The notes under the pieces: model-generated
The model's database searches: none
What the model saw: only the letters and a program-made list of their open reading frames with translations
What the model was told of the DNA's origin: nothing
Program-made: the position numbers and the translations under genes
DNA from: a virus
Length of the DNA stretch: 64,000 bases
Reading direction: 5' to 3' (one strand)
IMG/VR virus record: IMGVR_UViG_3300045919_000302
Coordinates: 1-64,000 of that record
In this document: positions 18,111-27,606 of the stretch, piece after piece
How positions within the stretch are numbered: the stretch's first letter is position 1
How the letters are laid out: every line of letters starts with the position of its first letter

Positions 18111-19610
18111 TTAGTACAGGGTGCTTCCAGCGCCAAAGCCAGACGGGCTGATCGTCGCCAGGTTCGACAGCGTGACGGTTCCGTAGAACTCGCTGCGAGC
18201 CAGGAGCTTCGCGTAACGGGTACGGATACCCTTACGGAAGCGGAAGTCATTCGGATCAAGGAACGTCGCCGACACCTGGAGCGGAACGTACGGGGCCCAG
18301 ACGTAGCCGGCATCCACGAACGAGGAGCCCTTGTAGCCCATGACGATCTTGTTCGAGGTGAGATACGGGTCCTTGTAGGCCATGAAGCGGGACATCACGG
18401 TCCCCATCTTCATGATGCCCCAGGTCTGCGGCTGCTCGACCTTGGCCATCGCTTCAGCATCGCCCGCGAAAACCGGCCGGAAGAAGCCGTCGGTGGACAG
18501 CTGTTCGATCTGAGCGGCGAAGTCATAGCTCATGACCATGAAGTTCGCCGGACCGCGCAGGGTGTTCTTGCCGATCTGGTTCGACAGGAGGGTCATCGGG
18601 GTGAGCGAACCACGGATATGGTCGAGTTCACGAACGCCCGAGGGAACCGTCATGTCGTAGGTCGCAGCGCCGCCGGTAGCACCGAGCTTGATGTCCTCGA
18701 TGATTTCGCGGTCGATTTCGAGCGCGAGTTCGGAGCCGACGCCGGCCACGAGTTCCTGCTCAGCATCGATGCCGTGGAGGGCCTTCAGGTCGTCGGAGGC
18801 TTCCGAAGACCAGAGAGCCTTGATCTTACGGCTCTTCGCGGTCACGGCCACAAGGGCGATGTCCACGTTGACCGTCGGGATCTTGCTCGAACCTTCCGAA
18901 ACGTACTCGTAAGAGGCAACGATCGGAGCGAGGTTGGCCGGAGCGGACGAGAACGTCACGGTGACAGCGCCGGACGTGTAGTTCACGGTGCCGGAGGCCA
19001 CGCCCGTGCCGGTGAGGTTACCAGCGCCGTCATCAACAGCGGTAACGCTGCCGACAACGATCTTGAGCTTGGTGGCGCGAGCCGGGATCCAGGCGAGGGT
19101 GTGCGAGAAGGCGACCGTGGTGCCGTCGCCGGTACCGAACGCTTCACCGTCGATGAACTCCGAAGAGTAAGCGCGGTTGAAGTCCTTCACGAGCTTGTTG
19201 CCAGCAGCAACAGCGCCCTTGTTGTCGCCGTACTTCAGTTCGAAGTAGAAGATCGCGCCGACCGGAGCGGACATCGGCTGGATCGAAACGATCTCAGGAG
19301 CGATGAGGCTCGGCCACACGCGGCGGAGGAGCGGGAATGTGTACTTGATGAACGGCGCGGTGTTCACCGTGGTGGTGTCTTCGCCGAGCACGTGCTTCTC
19401 TTTGAAGCTCTTCAGCTCATGGAGCTGATTTTCAAAAAGCTGCGCGAGACAGTACTTGCGGTAGGCATCCATCTGGATAGGCCGACCGGTGGAATCCTTC
19501 TGGGGGATCCATTTGTTCCAACGCTCGATGAGCGCCGCACGTTGCGGATTACGGGCAAAACCTTCGCCCGAGAGATCCGATTTCATTTCCTGAAGCTGCC
19601 GCTGTTCCAT
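18111..19610 (-). CDS. Major capsid protein, T4 gp23-like, with an inserted beta domain
   Basis: PLLRRVWPSLIA..SIQPMSAPVGAIFY; VTAKSRKIKALWS.EA..DL.A.HGIDAE; YAPYVPL-like; DPNDF..RKGIRTRY. Confidence 0.95.
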   Translation of the reverse strand: MEQRQLQEMKSDLSGEGFARNPQRAALIERWNKWIPQKDSTGRPIQMDAYRKYCLAQLFENQLHELKSFKEKHVLGEDTTTVNTAPFIKYTFPLLRRVWPSLIAPEIVSIQPMSAPVGAIFYFELKYGDNKGAVAAGNKLVKDFNRAYSSEFIDGEAFGTGDGTTVAFSHTLAWIPARATKLKIVVGSVTAVDDGAGNLTGTGVASGTVNYTSGAVTVTFSSAPANLAPIVASYEYVSEGSSKIPTVNVDIALVAVTAKSRKIKALWSSEASDDLKALHGIDAEQELVAGVGSELALEIDREIIEDIKLGATGGAATYDMTVPSGVRELDHIRGSLTPMTLLSNQIGKNTLRGPANFMVMSYDFAAQIEQLSTDGFFRPVFAGDAEAMAKVEQPQTWGIMKMGTVMSRFMAYKDPYLTSNKIVMGYKGSSFVDAGYVWAPYVPLQVSATFLDPNDFRFRKGIRTRYAKLLARSEFYGTVTLSNLATISPSGFGAGSTLY

Positions 19611-19652
19611 GGCTATTTTCTCTCTTTCATTTTTTCAAGGCGTCAGCCTTGT

Positions 19653-21284
19653 CTACATCAAAGCTTCGATCTGATCCTGGGTAGCTCCTGGAGTCAGATC
19701 TGCAATTTCCCCAATGACCCCTTCGACTCCGGTGGAGCGGCGCTTTTCTGTGCCGGTCTTCTTCACCTGATCTTCGACGAGGTTGGTCGTTTTGACCCTT
19801 TCAAACCTTCTTCTCATGAGATTGTAATCTTCGTTTACGACAGGAGCAACGGCAAAACGCTTTACGATCGAATCGATCTCATTACGTTCTGTTTTGCCTT
19901 CGCAGAGTTTACGAATCTTCGCGGCGTTCGGATTGTCGCGAATGCACTCCTCGACGTAGAGTCGCATGCCCAAGCTCTTACTTGTTTCGACAGATTCCCT
20001 AAGGGCCTGTTCGAGCTTGTGCGTACGATCTTCGGCCGCCTTGATACGAGACTCCATACGAGCTTCGATCCGCTTGCGATCCATCTCGGCCTGCTTCTTC
20101 TTGGCCTTTCCAGCGGCGACCTTCTTCTTGGCTTCGGTGAGAGCTGCTTCGACCTGATCGACATTCTCGAACTTCTTGGCAGAGACGTACGAAAGAACTT
20201 CTTCACGGTCTTCACCAAGCTTCGCGAGCGAACGCTCGTAATGAAGCGTGGCGGCCAAGCGGTTGGCGACCAATCCAATCTCGTCAATCTTGGAAACGAG
20301 GCCCTTGTTCTCTTCCTGGAGCTGGGCGATCTGCGTGTCTCGAACCTTGAGAGATTCGTCGAGTTCAGCCGGGCTCGCGGCGACGATGGGAATGAGGACC
20401 TTCTTGATGTCTTCGAGCGCGATGTGCGCGGCAGCGAAGGTCGGATCCGCAAGGAGTTCAGCCTTGATGGACTCGCGAAGCTTCTGCTTCTCTTCTTCGA
20501 GGTTCGCAGCGGCGGGAGCGGCTTCTTCCTTCACGTTGGCTTCCGCGTTGGCTTCTGCGGCCGGTGTCTCGGTGACAGCAGGAGCCTCTTCCTTCTTGGG
20601 CTCTTCGACAGCAGCTTCTGGGGCCTTCACTTCCTCGGGCTTCTGAATCTCGGGAACTTCGTTCGATTCAGATTTCAATTCAACTGCCTTCGCGGTCTTG
20701 TCTTCCATTTGAGCATCCTTTTCTTTTTTCTCGTTCTCTTTGAGAACGGATTCGGGCTCGATCCAGCGAACCTCGGTGGTGAACTTAGGGTACGACGTGA
20801 GCACGGCCGGATCCGCTACGAAGTCGTGAGTCATATAGGCGTAGTCTTCCTGGACCACTTCCATGCCGCCTTCGCCCATGGCCGTTGATCCCATGCCGCG
20901 AGAAGATACGCCGACAGCTCCGCCGGCCTCCAGGATCGAGCGCAGCTGGTTGCCGTGCTCATTCAGGAGGATCTTGGCTTCGCCCAGGATGACCCCGTCG
21001 TCCGTCATACGGAGACCGGTCATGAGGTGAGACACGCGCTTGAGTGACGTCTTCCCGTCCGCCGGATGGTCCAGCTCGCCCATGACCTTGCCTGCTGCCA
21101 GGGACTCATAAATCTTCTGGATCTCGCGCTCCCAGAGTTTACGAGGATACATACGACGATTCTGCGTCGGGATGTCCGCACGCCCGAACTCGCCGCGAGC
21201 AACCAAGAAACGCCCCTGAGGCTCGTTACTTTCAGTCAGCTGGAGACGGAGCGCACTGCCGAAATCAATCAGAAGCTTTGACAT
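19653..21284 (-). CDS. Prohead protease (gp21-like) fused to a scaffold-like coiled coil
   Basis: NRRMYP, GELDHP, VSH, GVSSRGMGS, DFVADPA; ~350-aa E/K/A-rich C-terminus. Confidence 0.9.
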   Translation of the reverse strand: MSKLLIDFGSALRLQLTESNEPQGRFLVARGEFGRADIPTQNRRMYPRKLWEREIQKIYESLAAGKVMGELDHPADGKTSLKRVSHLMTGLRMTDDGVILGEAKILLNEHGNQLRSILEAGGAVGVSSRGMGSTAMGEGGMEVVQEDYAYMTHDFVADPAVLTSYPKFTTEVRWIEPESVLKENEKKEKDAQMEDKTAKAVELKSESNEVPEIQKPEEVKAPEAAVEEPKKEEAPAVTETPAAEANAEANVKEEAAPAAANLEEEKQKLRESIKAELLADPTFAAAHIALEDIKKVLIPIVAASPAELDESLKVRDTQIAQLQEENKGLVSKIDEIGLVANRLAATLHYERSLAKLGEDREEVLSYVSAKKFENVDQVEAALTEAKKKVAAGKAKKKQAEMDRKRIEARMESRIKAAEDRTHKLEQALRESVETSKSLGMRLYVEECIRDNPNAAKIRKLCEGKTERNEIDSIVKRFAVAPVVNEDYNLMRRRFERVKTTNLVEDQVKKTGTEKRRSTGVEGVIGEIADLTPGATQDQIEALM

Positions 21285-21451
21285 TATTTCTTCCTAAACC
21301 AGTAAGAGAAGCCAGGGATCTTGGTCTTCTTTGGATCGACCAACCTGCTCTTTGGTTTTTTACCCTGCTTCCGATCGTACAGCCTTTTCTCTAAAGCCTC
21401 AAGCGAGTCGGCGAGCTGTTTCGGGTTCTTGCCTCTGTACAATTTGTCCAT
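21284..21451 (-). CDS. Small basic protein
   Basis: MDKLYRGK...; stop overlaps the protease ATG. Confidence 0.5.
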   Translation of the reverse strand: MDKLYRGKNPKQLADSLEALEKRLYDRKQGKKPKSRLVDPKKTKIPGFSYWFRKK

Positions 21452-21458
21452 TGATCGC

Positions 21459-24305
21459 TCAGTTGTGGAAGACCATGACTCCGTCGTCGGAGTCCACGAA
21501 GGAAACGGATCCATTCATCTCCGCATCGCGAGCATAGGCTTCGTAGTCGATCGAGAAGAGATTGAGCTTCATGATCTCTTCGATGCCGTAGCCCAGCTCA
21601 TCCATGAAATAACCGACTGCGTCCTTTTGGAGCTGCTCCTGAATATCACTGGAGTACCGATCCCTGAGTTCTTCGCGAGCATCGTCAATGACCTTTTGAA
21701 CCGAGTCGGCCCCATCCGTCAGAGTGAGCATCCGATCCTTAATCTCTTGAACCCTGCTTTTGTCTTCAGGGTCCTCTTCGTCGAGACCGTCCAGCTCATC
21801 TTGAAGTTGAGCCAGCTCCTCTTCAGCGGCTTCTGCCGCCTCAAGTTCTTCCTCCTTGTCGGCATCGGAGATGACCTCGCTATCTTTCATGTCTCCCACG
21901 CGACGATCAGCTTCTTCCGAGGCGATCAAACGCATGTCGGTTTCGGACATCGTCAGATAGTTCGCCGCATTGTCTTTGCTCAGTCCGCCCGTCTCTTCGA
22001 GGAAGTCAGCAGCCCAGTCTTCCTTGGACTTGGCCTGACCCATGTAAGCGTCTTTCGCCTGGTCGATCGTGGCTTTGCTGTCGTTCATCAGATCGATGTA
22101 GGCTTCAAGTATCTTGCGATCTTCCTCGTCAAGATTGAGCCAGTCCCAGACCTTCTCGTCGATGCTGGACTCGCTGTAGTACCGTTCCGGGAATCCCTCG
22201 TAGCCCTGGAACATCGGTTCCGGATCTTCTTCATCCTTGTGAAGCTCTTTGCAAGCTTCGAGGAACTCATCCTTGTCGGCGTAGTCTTCAAGATTGAGCC
22301 ACGCGCCCTTGATGCTGCCGTCGTTGTATTTGGCGTAGGTGCCGACGTAAACAGCCGGGCCAGAAGGGGCCTTGGCTTCGGTCTTCACCGACTCCTTGAC
22401 CGGCTCTTCGGTGCCTTTGCCACAATTCGGGCAGACGCCCACGTGCGGATCCGCGACGGTCGTTTCATCGTCCTTGATGCGGATCGGCTCGCCACAGTGG
22501 GGGCAGTTGTAACCGTCGGATGACTCAACCTTCTCCTCGCCATTCTTCAGCAAGGTCTTGCCCATGACCAACTCGTTGAAGCTGCCCAGGCCCATCTTGA
22601 CCTTGGTGTCTCCACCGCTCAATACCACTTCTCCGCCATCCATGTGGACGTGAAGCTTCTGGCCCACCTTCCACTCGGGCTGATCCGGCACCGGAGCGAG
22701 AACCGAATACACGGCCACATCGCGGGCCTCAGGGAGGGTGTAGCCGTACTTCTTCCCGTTGAACTCGACGGAAAGGGACTCGCCCACATCTCTGCGAACG
22801 TCGCCCTCCTTGTTGTAAGTCTTCAGGCACATCGAGTCGTCGCAAACGTGATCATCGCCCGACTTGTGAGAGGTGCTCTTTCCGCAGACGACGCACTCCC
22901 CGGTGACAAGCTCATTCTCTGCCATTCCCTTTACGGCGATCTCTGCCTTCTCGGAATGAGAGTCGTTGTATTTCTTAACGGCATCGGCAAGAGATGCAGT
23001 CTTAGGCATCTCAAGAGCCTTCATGAATTCAGCACCACCCATGCGCTGAGTTACTTTCCCATCCTTGTCTTTAACAACAACGCAAACAGGATCCTTAGCT
23101 TCAACCACCGACTCTTTGCCTTCGTCCGCAAGTTTGTCGTTCAGCGCGTCCACGAGTTCATCGCGATCCACGACGAACATCCAGGTATCATAGGAGGCAT
23201 TGCCGTAGGCGTAGTTGGACTTGCCATCCCAGTAAGCTTCGTTGAGGTCCTTCGTAACTTTCGCCTTGTCCTCTTCGGAGAGGCCAGCGACAAGTGCCTT
23301 GAAGATATCTTCCACTTCCTCGCCGTTCACGATCCCGGAATTGCCGTCGAGCTGAGTCTCAACCTCTCCGATCTGACCAGATCCACCGACCGCGTTCATC
23401 GGATAGAACACCCCAGACGCCTCGGGTTTCGCCAGACTGCTCAGGATCGCAGTGATGTCGTCCTTCGAGAGCCCGGCCTTGAGAGCGTCCTCTACCGGAC
23501 CCCATAGCTCGTTGTTGGTCATGTTGATCGCGAGGAGCGCATCCGTCGTGATGGTTTGACCGAGAGCGTCCAGGTAGTCCTGGCCGGAGTCCTCGTGCTC
23601 GGTTTCATATTCAGTATTGGACTTCACATTCTCATCAATCCAGGCCGCCAGCGCTTTCATCTGACTTTCCTTATCAGAGAAGCTGATCTCGCCCTGGGAC
23701 TCCTTGATGGGCTTGCTGCGCTTCTTGACGGATTCGTCTTTCGATCCTTCGCCGCCCTTCACGTATACAGCGACATGATAATAGTGTTCAGAGTCGTTCA
23801 TCGAGTGACCCGCGTCTTCGATTTCCTTCTTCACGACTTCGCTGACCTGGAGACCGTCTTCTCCAATTGCCTGTAGGATTTCATTCGCAAGGTCTTCAGT
23901 GTTGCCGCCACAAGCGGAGTAGGTCACTTCTTCTTCGATGGCGTCTTCAGAGACTGAGTCGCGCTTGACGGCTCCGCCAACAATCGAAGAAGGCAAAAGA
24001 TCGGCTTCGCCGTCCACCTTGGCACTCAGAACCTCTTTGCCGGTGACAACCAGCGTAACGTCCAGAGAGGTGACAACCTGATGATCGTTGTCGGCCTTGT
24101 CGGCGTCAGCTTCCAGTTCAGTCGAGATCTCATAGCCCTGTTGGGCGAGCATCTCGATCGCGTCATCCACAGCTTCTTTCTGGGTCATGCCGATGCCCAC
24201 GGAAACGTCGTCCCACTTCGAGTGAGAGGTCCCGCGACCCTGGAAGTACTGGGAGTGTTCCATGCCGATGTCTTCGATTTCAAATTCAACGATCTTTTTG
24301 CTCAT
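21459..24305 (-). CDS. Multidomain acidic protein with C-terminal ArdA antirestriction domain
   Basis: VYVGTYAKYNDGSIKGAWLNL...EDPE.MFQ.YEGFP...IDYEAYARD; zinc ribbons; xxE|S/A linkers. Confidence 0.8.
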   Translation of the reverse strand: MSKKIVEFEIEDIGMEHSQYFQGRGTSHSKWDDVSVGIGMTQKEAVDDAIEMLAQQGYEISTELEADADKADNDHQVVTSLDVTLVVTGKEVLSAKVDGEADLLPSSIVGGAVKRDSVSEDAIEEEVTYSACGGNTEDLANEILQAIGEDGLQVSEVVKKEIEDAGHSMNDSEHYYHVAVYVKGGEGSKDESVKKRSKPIKESQGEISFSDKESQMKALAAWIDENVKSNTEYETEHEDSGQDYLDALGQTITTDALLAINMTNNELWGPVEDALKAGLSKDDITAILSSLAKPEASGVFYPMNAVGGSGQIGEVETQLDGNSGIVNGEEVEDIFKALVAGLSEEDKAKVTKDLNEAYWDGKSNYAYGNASYDTWMFVVDRDELVDALNDKLADEGKESVVEAKDPVCVVVKDKDGKVTQRMGGAEFMKALEMPKTASLADAVKKYNDSHSEKAEIAVKGMAENELVTGECVVCGKSTSHKSGDDHVCDDSMCLKTYNKEGDVRRDVGESLSVEFNGKKYGYTLPEARDVAVYSVLAPVPDQPEWKVGQKLHVHMDGGEVVLSGGDTKVKMGLGSFNELVMGKTLLKNGEEKVESSDGYNCPHCGEPIRIKDDETTVADPHVGVCPNCGKGTEEPVKESVKTEAKAPSGPAVYVGTYAKYNDGSIKGAWLNLEDYADKDEFLEACKELHKDEEDPEPMFQGYEGFPERYYSESSIDEKVWDWLNLDEEDRKILEAYIDLMNDSKATIDQAKDAYMGQAKSKEDWAADFLEETGGLSKDNAANYLTMSETDMRLIASEEADRRVGDMKDSEVISDADKEEELEAAEAAEEELAQLQDELDGLDEEDPEDKSRVQEIKDRMLTLTDGADSVQKVIDDAREELRDRYSSDIQEQLQKDAVGYFMDELGYGIEEIMKLNLFSIDYEAYARDAEMNGSVSFVDSDDGVMVFHN

Positions 24306-24316
24306 GGCCCTGCTCC

Positions 24317-27300
24317 TTATTCCTGTTCCGGTTGGTCGTCGAGAATGGCGTCAACGGCCTTCTTCACTTCAGTTGCAAAATCCGACTCGTCGAGCGTAGC
24401 GACCAGCTGGTCGAACGTGTTGCCGGCCTGGTCGTAGGCGTAGTCCTCGACGAAGTCGTCACTCTTGAACGGAGAGACGTCGTCCAGCAACCAGAAGGCC
24501 CAGTTCCAGCTTGATCCGGCTTCCTGGATGCCGTCATAGATGTTCCGGTCATAGAGAGCGGCCGGCTCAAGGTCTCTCGACACTCCGCCGCTTTCGATAT
24601 GGATGTAAGCGGCCATCGCCTCGGATCCGGTGTAGGAATCTAATCCGCTGATGTCCGCTTCCACTGTAAAATGGTCAGACAGCTTTCCAGCCTTGGCTCC
24701 TTCCTGGTCGATCACTTCTTTCACGAAAGAAACGATTCCAGCCCTCGCGCTTTCCATGTTCTTGTCGGCGTACTCACGCGAAGCGAACAACTGGATGGTA
24801 TTACGCAGGTCTTTAATCACCTCTGGCTTGAGGCGGAACGCCTTCTGGACACCGAGTTCGGAATCAGCCTCTTCAGGGCTTACCATTTCGATATCACCCG
24901 AGTAGCCGTACTTCTTAAGGGCCGCTTCGAGTTTAGGGGTCAGCTCGTGCATATCTCCCAGATCATCTCCGGAGGACTCAGTGGTCTGCTTTAAAATCTT
25001 CTTGGCAGAATCGGTGTCGCCTGAGCGGACGAACTTACCGGAAAGGCTCTTGCCCATCGCGGCTTTCTTCTCCTTGGTCATGGACTTACCAGGGTGCGCC
25101 TGAGCAGGAGCCTGGACAGACTCCTCACTTGGGAGAAGGGCTTTCAGTTTATCCACGGAGAGCGGCTCGTCATTCATGTCCCAAAGCTTGCCGTTCCAAC
25201 TGACTTTCCCGACCTGCTTATCCCCAGACATGATCTTGCTGAGAAAATTACCGCCGCCCAAATTATACTTCTGAGCGTACTTCTTGACCTCGTCTCCCAG
25301 CTTGCCCACGTTGCTGGACGTGATCTGAACGCTTTCAGAATCGGATCCAGGAAGGGGCTTATTCGGGTCCTGACCGAAGTCCGGATTGCCAACGTTGGTC
25401 ATCACTAAAACAAGGCTTCCGGAATTCTCTCCGGATTCACTCATGCCCGAGCCCATGAGCTTGATGCCCTTCTCGAAGTCCTTGGCGGTCTCTTTGCTTC
25501 CGGAGTCCTTGAGATCCGGAATCAGAACCTCTTTGAGATAGTTGATGAACTCTTCCCTAGAGAAGTCGTCAGCAGACGAAGCGCCCTCAATGAACTTCAC
25601 GAGGGTCTCAAAGTCCTTCGCCGTCTCAAACCGCTCCATCTCTTCCAGATCCGGGATGAGCGTGCCCTTGAGGTAGCTGACGAAAGATGCCTTGCCGTCT
25701 TTCTTCTTGGCCTCATGCATATCGTCGTGATCTTCACGGCCGGCGATCTGGCACTTCGCGCAGAGCTTGTCACCCGGCTCGGCAACGAGGCGTCCGCATT
25801 GAGAACAGTGCTCGCCATCGCCATCAGCGTCGCGCCCATCCAGATTGTCCTGGGCGAAATCCCGGGGATCCCCGCCGGAATAGACGGTACTCTCAATGAT
25901 GATCATTCCCGACTCATCGCCCATGTCGGCGACGTAAGGGTTGATCTCTTTGAACTCCTTGGAGACGTTCGTCAGGATGTCGCCAACTTCCTCTTCGTAG
26001 TCGCCGTCCCAGAAACCAGCCCCGTGACCGTTCCGGGTCAGCCAGAAGTCGTGGCCCAGCTGTTCAAGGTCAGCAATGCCACCTTCGCCACGGCGACACT
26101 CCAGGTTTCCGATGTCGTAGCCGGCCTTCTCAAGCGCGGCCTGGGCCTTGTCGTAGAACTCATCACAGTCCTTCTCGGCCTGAGTCACGGAGTCAGCCGA
26201 GATATCGGCGATGGAATAGTTCCAGTCCATGGGCTCGCCGCCTTCGGGTGTGGACTCGTCGGTAGACGACCAGAGCGCCGTTTCCAGGTACTGGGAGACC
26301 ATAGGCGAGAGCTTCTTCTGAGCTTCGGTCATGTCCAGATCCCGCTTAACGCCGTCCGCGTTGTCGCTGACCACGCTCACGAGCTGGTCGAGGGTGCCCT
26401 TGAAAGGCTTGCCGCCTTCCTTCTCCCAGGCCGCGAGGATCCGCTCTGCGACCTTCTTCACATCCAGGGTGGTCTTCACCTTGTGGAGCATGGCGTAGAG
26501 ATTTTCTTTGCCGACTGCAAAACTGAACAGATCGTCTGCGTCTGCCGTGTCCTTCATTCTGGCGTCTTCGAGTTTGGGCTTAACCCCGGAACTGGACCCG
26601 GAGGCGAAGATGTGATCGCGGATGCTCGCGGCATCGCCCTCTTTCGCGCCGGGGAAGTCGGCGAGCATCTCGTGGAATGCGTCCTTCCAGTTCTCAAAAA
26701 TCCCGTCCGCGTTGACGGCCCAGTCCACAAAGGCTTCCTTGAAGCGTTCGACTTCGGTGTATTCCTTGAGTCCAGTAATGGAGGCGATCGTGCCGGAGGA
26801 GAGGCTACGAATCTCCTGCTCCAGCTTGCCGCTCATGTCTGACTCGCCCATTGCCTGCTCGACGGCCTTGTCCAGGCTTTCGACCATGATGGAAAGAATC
26901 TGGTGGGCTTCTTCTTCCTCGACCTTACCCTCGCGAATCTGCTGAGCCATGTAGAGCGCGTCGTCCTTGACCTTGCGGTAGTCGGCGTACTCGGGCTCCT
27001 TCTGTTCTGCGACGGGCTTCTTGACGCCGAGGATCTCGGCGAAGTCCTCGTCGAGCGCGAGACTGGAAGACGAGAAATCGGGAAGCTCGGGGAGATCTTT
27101 GAACCCGCATTCGCTGACGGGCTTCTCGACCGGCACCTTCTTGCTTTCGGTGGTAACCTTTTTCTCACCCAGAATGGTGATCAAACTGTCCACCAGCTTG
27201 GCCGCGTTCTCAAAGCCCCGAATCAGATTCATCTTCTCGCCCATCTTACCCTCCGTCAGATTCGCCAGGTACCCAATCGAGGAAAGATGAATCCTTCTCC

Positions 27301-27544
27301 GACTGCCCGGCTTGATGTGCATCCGCTTGCGGATCTTCGCACGCCTCTTGGCCATTCGTTTGTACCGCGAGGTCTTCCTGCGGCGTTTCGCCATTCTCTT
27401 GAGTCTTGCCTTACGCTTACGATAGTACCGCTTCCGCTTCATGCGGACACGAGCCGGTGTACGCTTAGACCGCGTAACGCGAACTTCGTACAACCAACTC
27501 TCAATCAGCAGATTCAGAATAGATGGCTCGACCACTTTTTGCAC
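24317..27544 (-). CDS. Multidomain protein with gp68-like basic N-terminus, putative core-anchored polyprotein
   Basis: R/K-rich first ~90 aa, located after portal; later domains include ETALWSS...GHDFWLTRNGHGAGFWD and GNPDFGQ...LGGGN. Confidence 0.7.
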   Translation of the reverse strand: MQKVVEPSILNLLIESWLYEVRVTRSKRTPARVRMKRKRYYRKRKARLKRMAKRRRKTSRYKRMAKRRAKIRKRMHIKPGSRRRIHLSSIGYLANLTEGKMGEKMNLIRGFENAAKLVDSLITILGEKKVTTESKKVPVEKPVSECGFKDLPELPDFSSSSLALDEDFAEILGVKKPVAEQKEPEYADYRKVKDDALYMAQQIREGKVEEEEAHQILSIMVESLDKAVEQAMGESDMSGKLEQEIRSLSSGTIASITGLKEYTEVERFKEAFVDWAVNADGIFENWKDAFHEMLADFPGAKEGDAASIRDHIFASGSSSGVKPKLEDARMKDTADADDLFSFAVGKENLYAMLHKVKTTLDVKKVAERILAAWEKEGGKPFKGTLDQLVSVVSDNADGVKRDLDMTEAQKKLSPMVSQYLETALWSSTDESTPEGGEPMDWNYSIADISADSVTQAEKDCDEFYDKAQAALEKAGYDIGNLECRRGEGGIADLEQLGHDFWLTRNGHGAGFWDGDYEEEVGDILTNVSKEFKEINPYVADMGDESGMIIIESTVYSGGDPRDFAQDNLDGRDADGDGEHCSQCGRLVAEPGDKLCAKCQIAGREDHDDMHEAKKKDGKASFVSYLKGTLIPDLEEMERFETAKDFETLVKFIEGASSADDFSREEFINYLKEVLIPDLKDSGSKETAKDFEKGIKLMGSGMSESGENSGSLVLVMTNVGNPDFGQDPNKPLPGSDSESVQITSSNVGKLGDEVKKYAQKYNLGGGNFLSKIMSGDKQVGKVSWNGKLWDMNDEPLSVDKLKALLPSEESVQAPAQAHPGKSMTKEKKAAMGKSLSGKFVRSGDTDSAKKILKQTTESSGDDLGDMHELTPKLEAALKKYGYSGDIEMVSPEEADSELGVQKAFRLKPEVIKDLRNTIQLFASREYADKNMESARAGIVSFVKEVIDQEGAKAGKLSDHFTVEADISGLDSYTGSEAMAAYIHIESGGVSRDLEPAALYDRNIYDGIQEAGSSWNWAFWLLDDVSPFKSDDFVEDYAYDQAGNTFDQLVATLDESDFATEVKKAVDAILDDQPEQE
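25452..25684 (-). repeat. Intragenic tandem domain duplication
   Basis: FVSYLKGTLIPDLEEMERFETAKDFE versus FINYLKEVLIPDLKDSGSKETAKDFE. Confidence 0.8.
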
Positions 27545-27575
27545 CGACCTTTTCCAAAGAATATACTAGGAAAGT

Positions 27576-27603
27576 TACGGGTGCCAGGCTTTAGGCGGGC
27601 GTA
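27576..27603. repeat. 28-bp spaced palindrome, copy 4
   Basis: TACG GGT GCC AGGCTTTA GGC GGG CGTA. Confidence 0.85.
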
Positions 27604-27606
27604 CAT

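Noticed and set aside
18075-20888. 937-aa plus-strand ORF, and similar long antisense ORFs (21321..22523, 25715..26842, 35026..36081)
   Set aside because: Antisense shadows of strongly codon-biased minus-strand genes; no SD or recognisable motifs.
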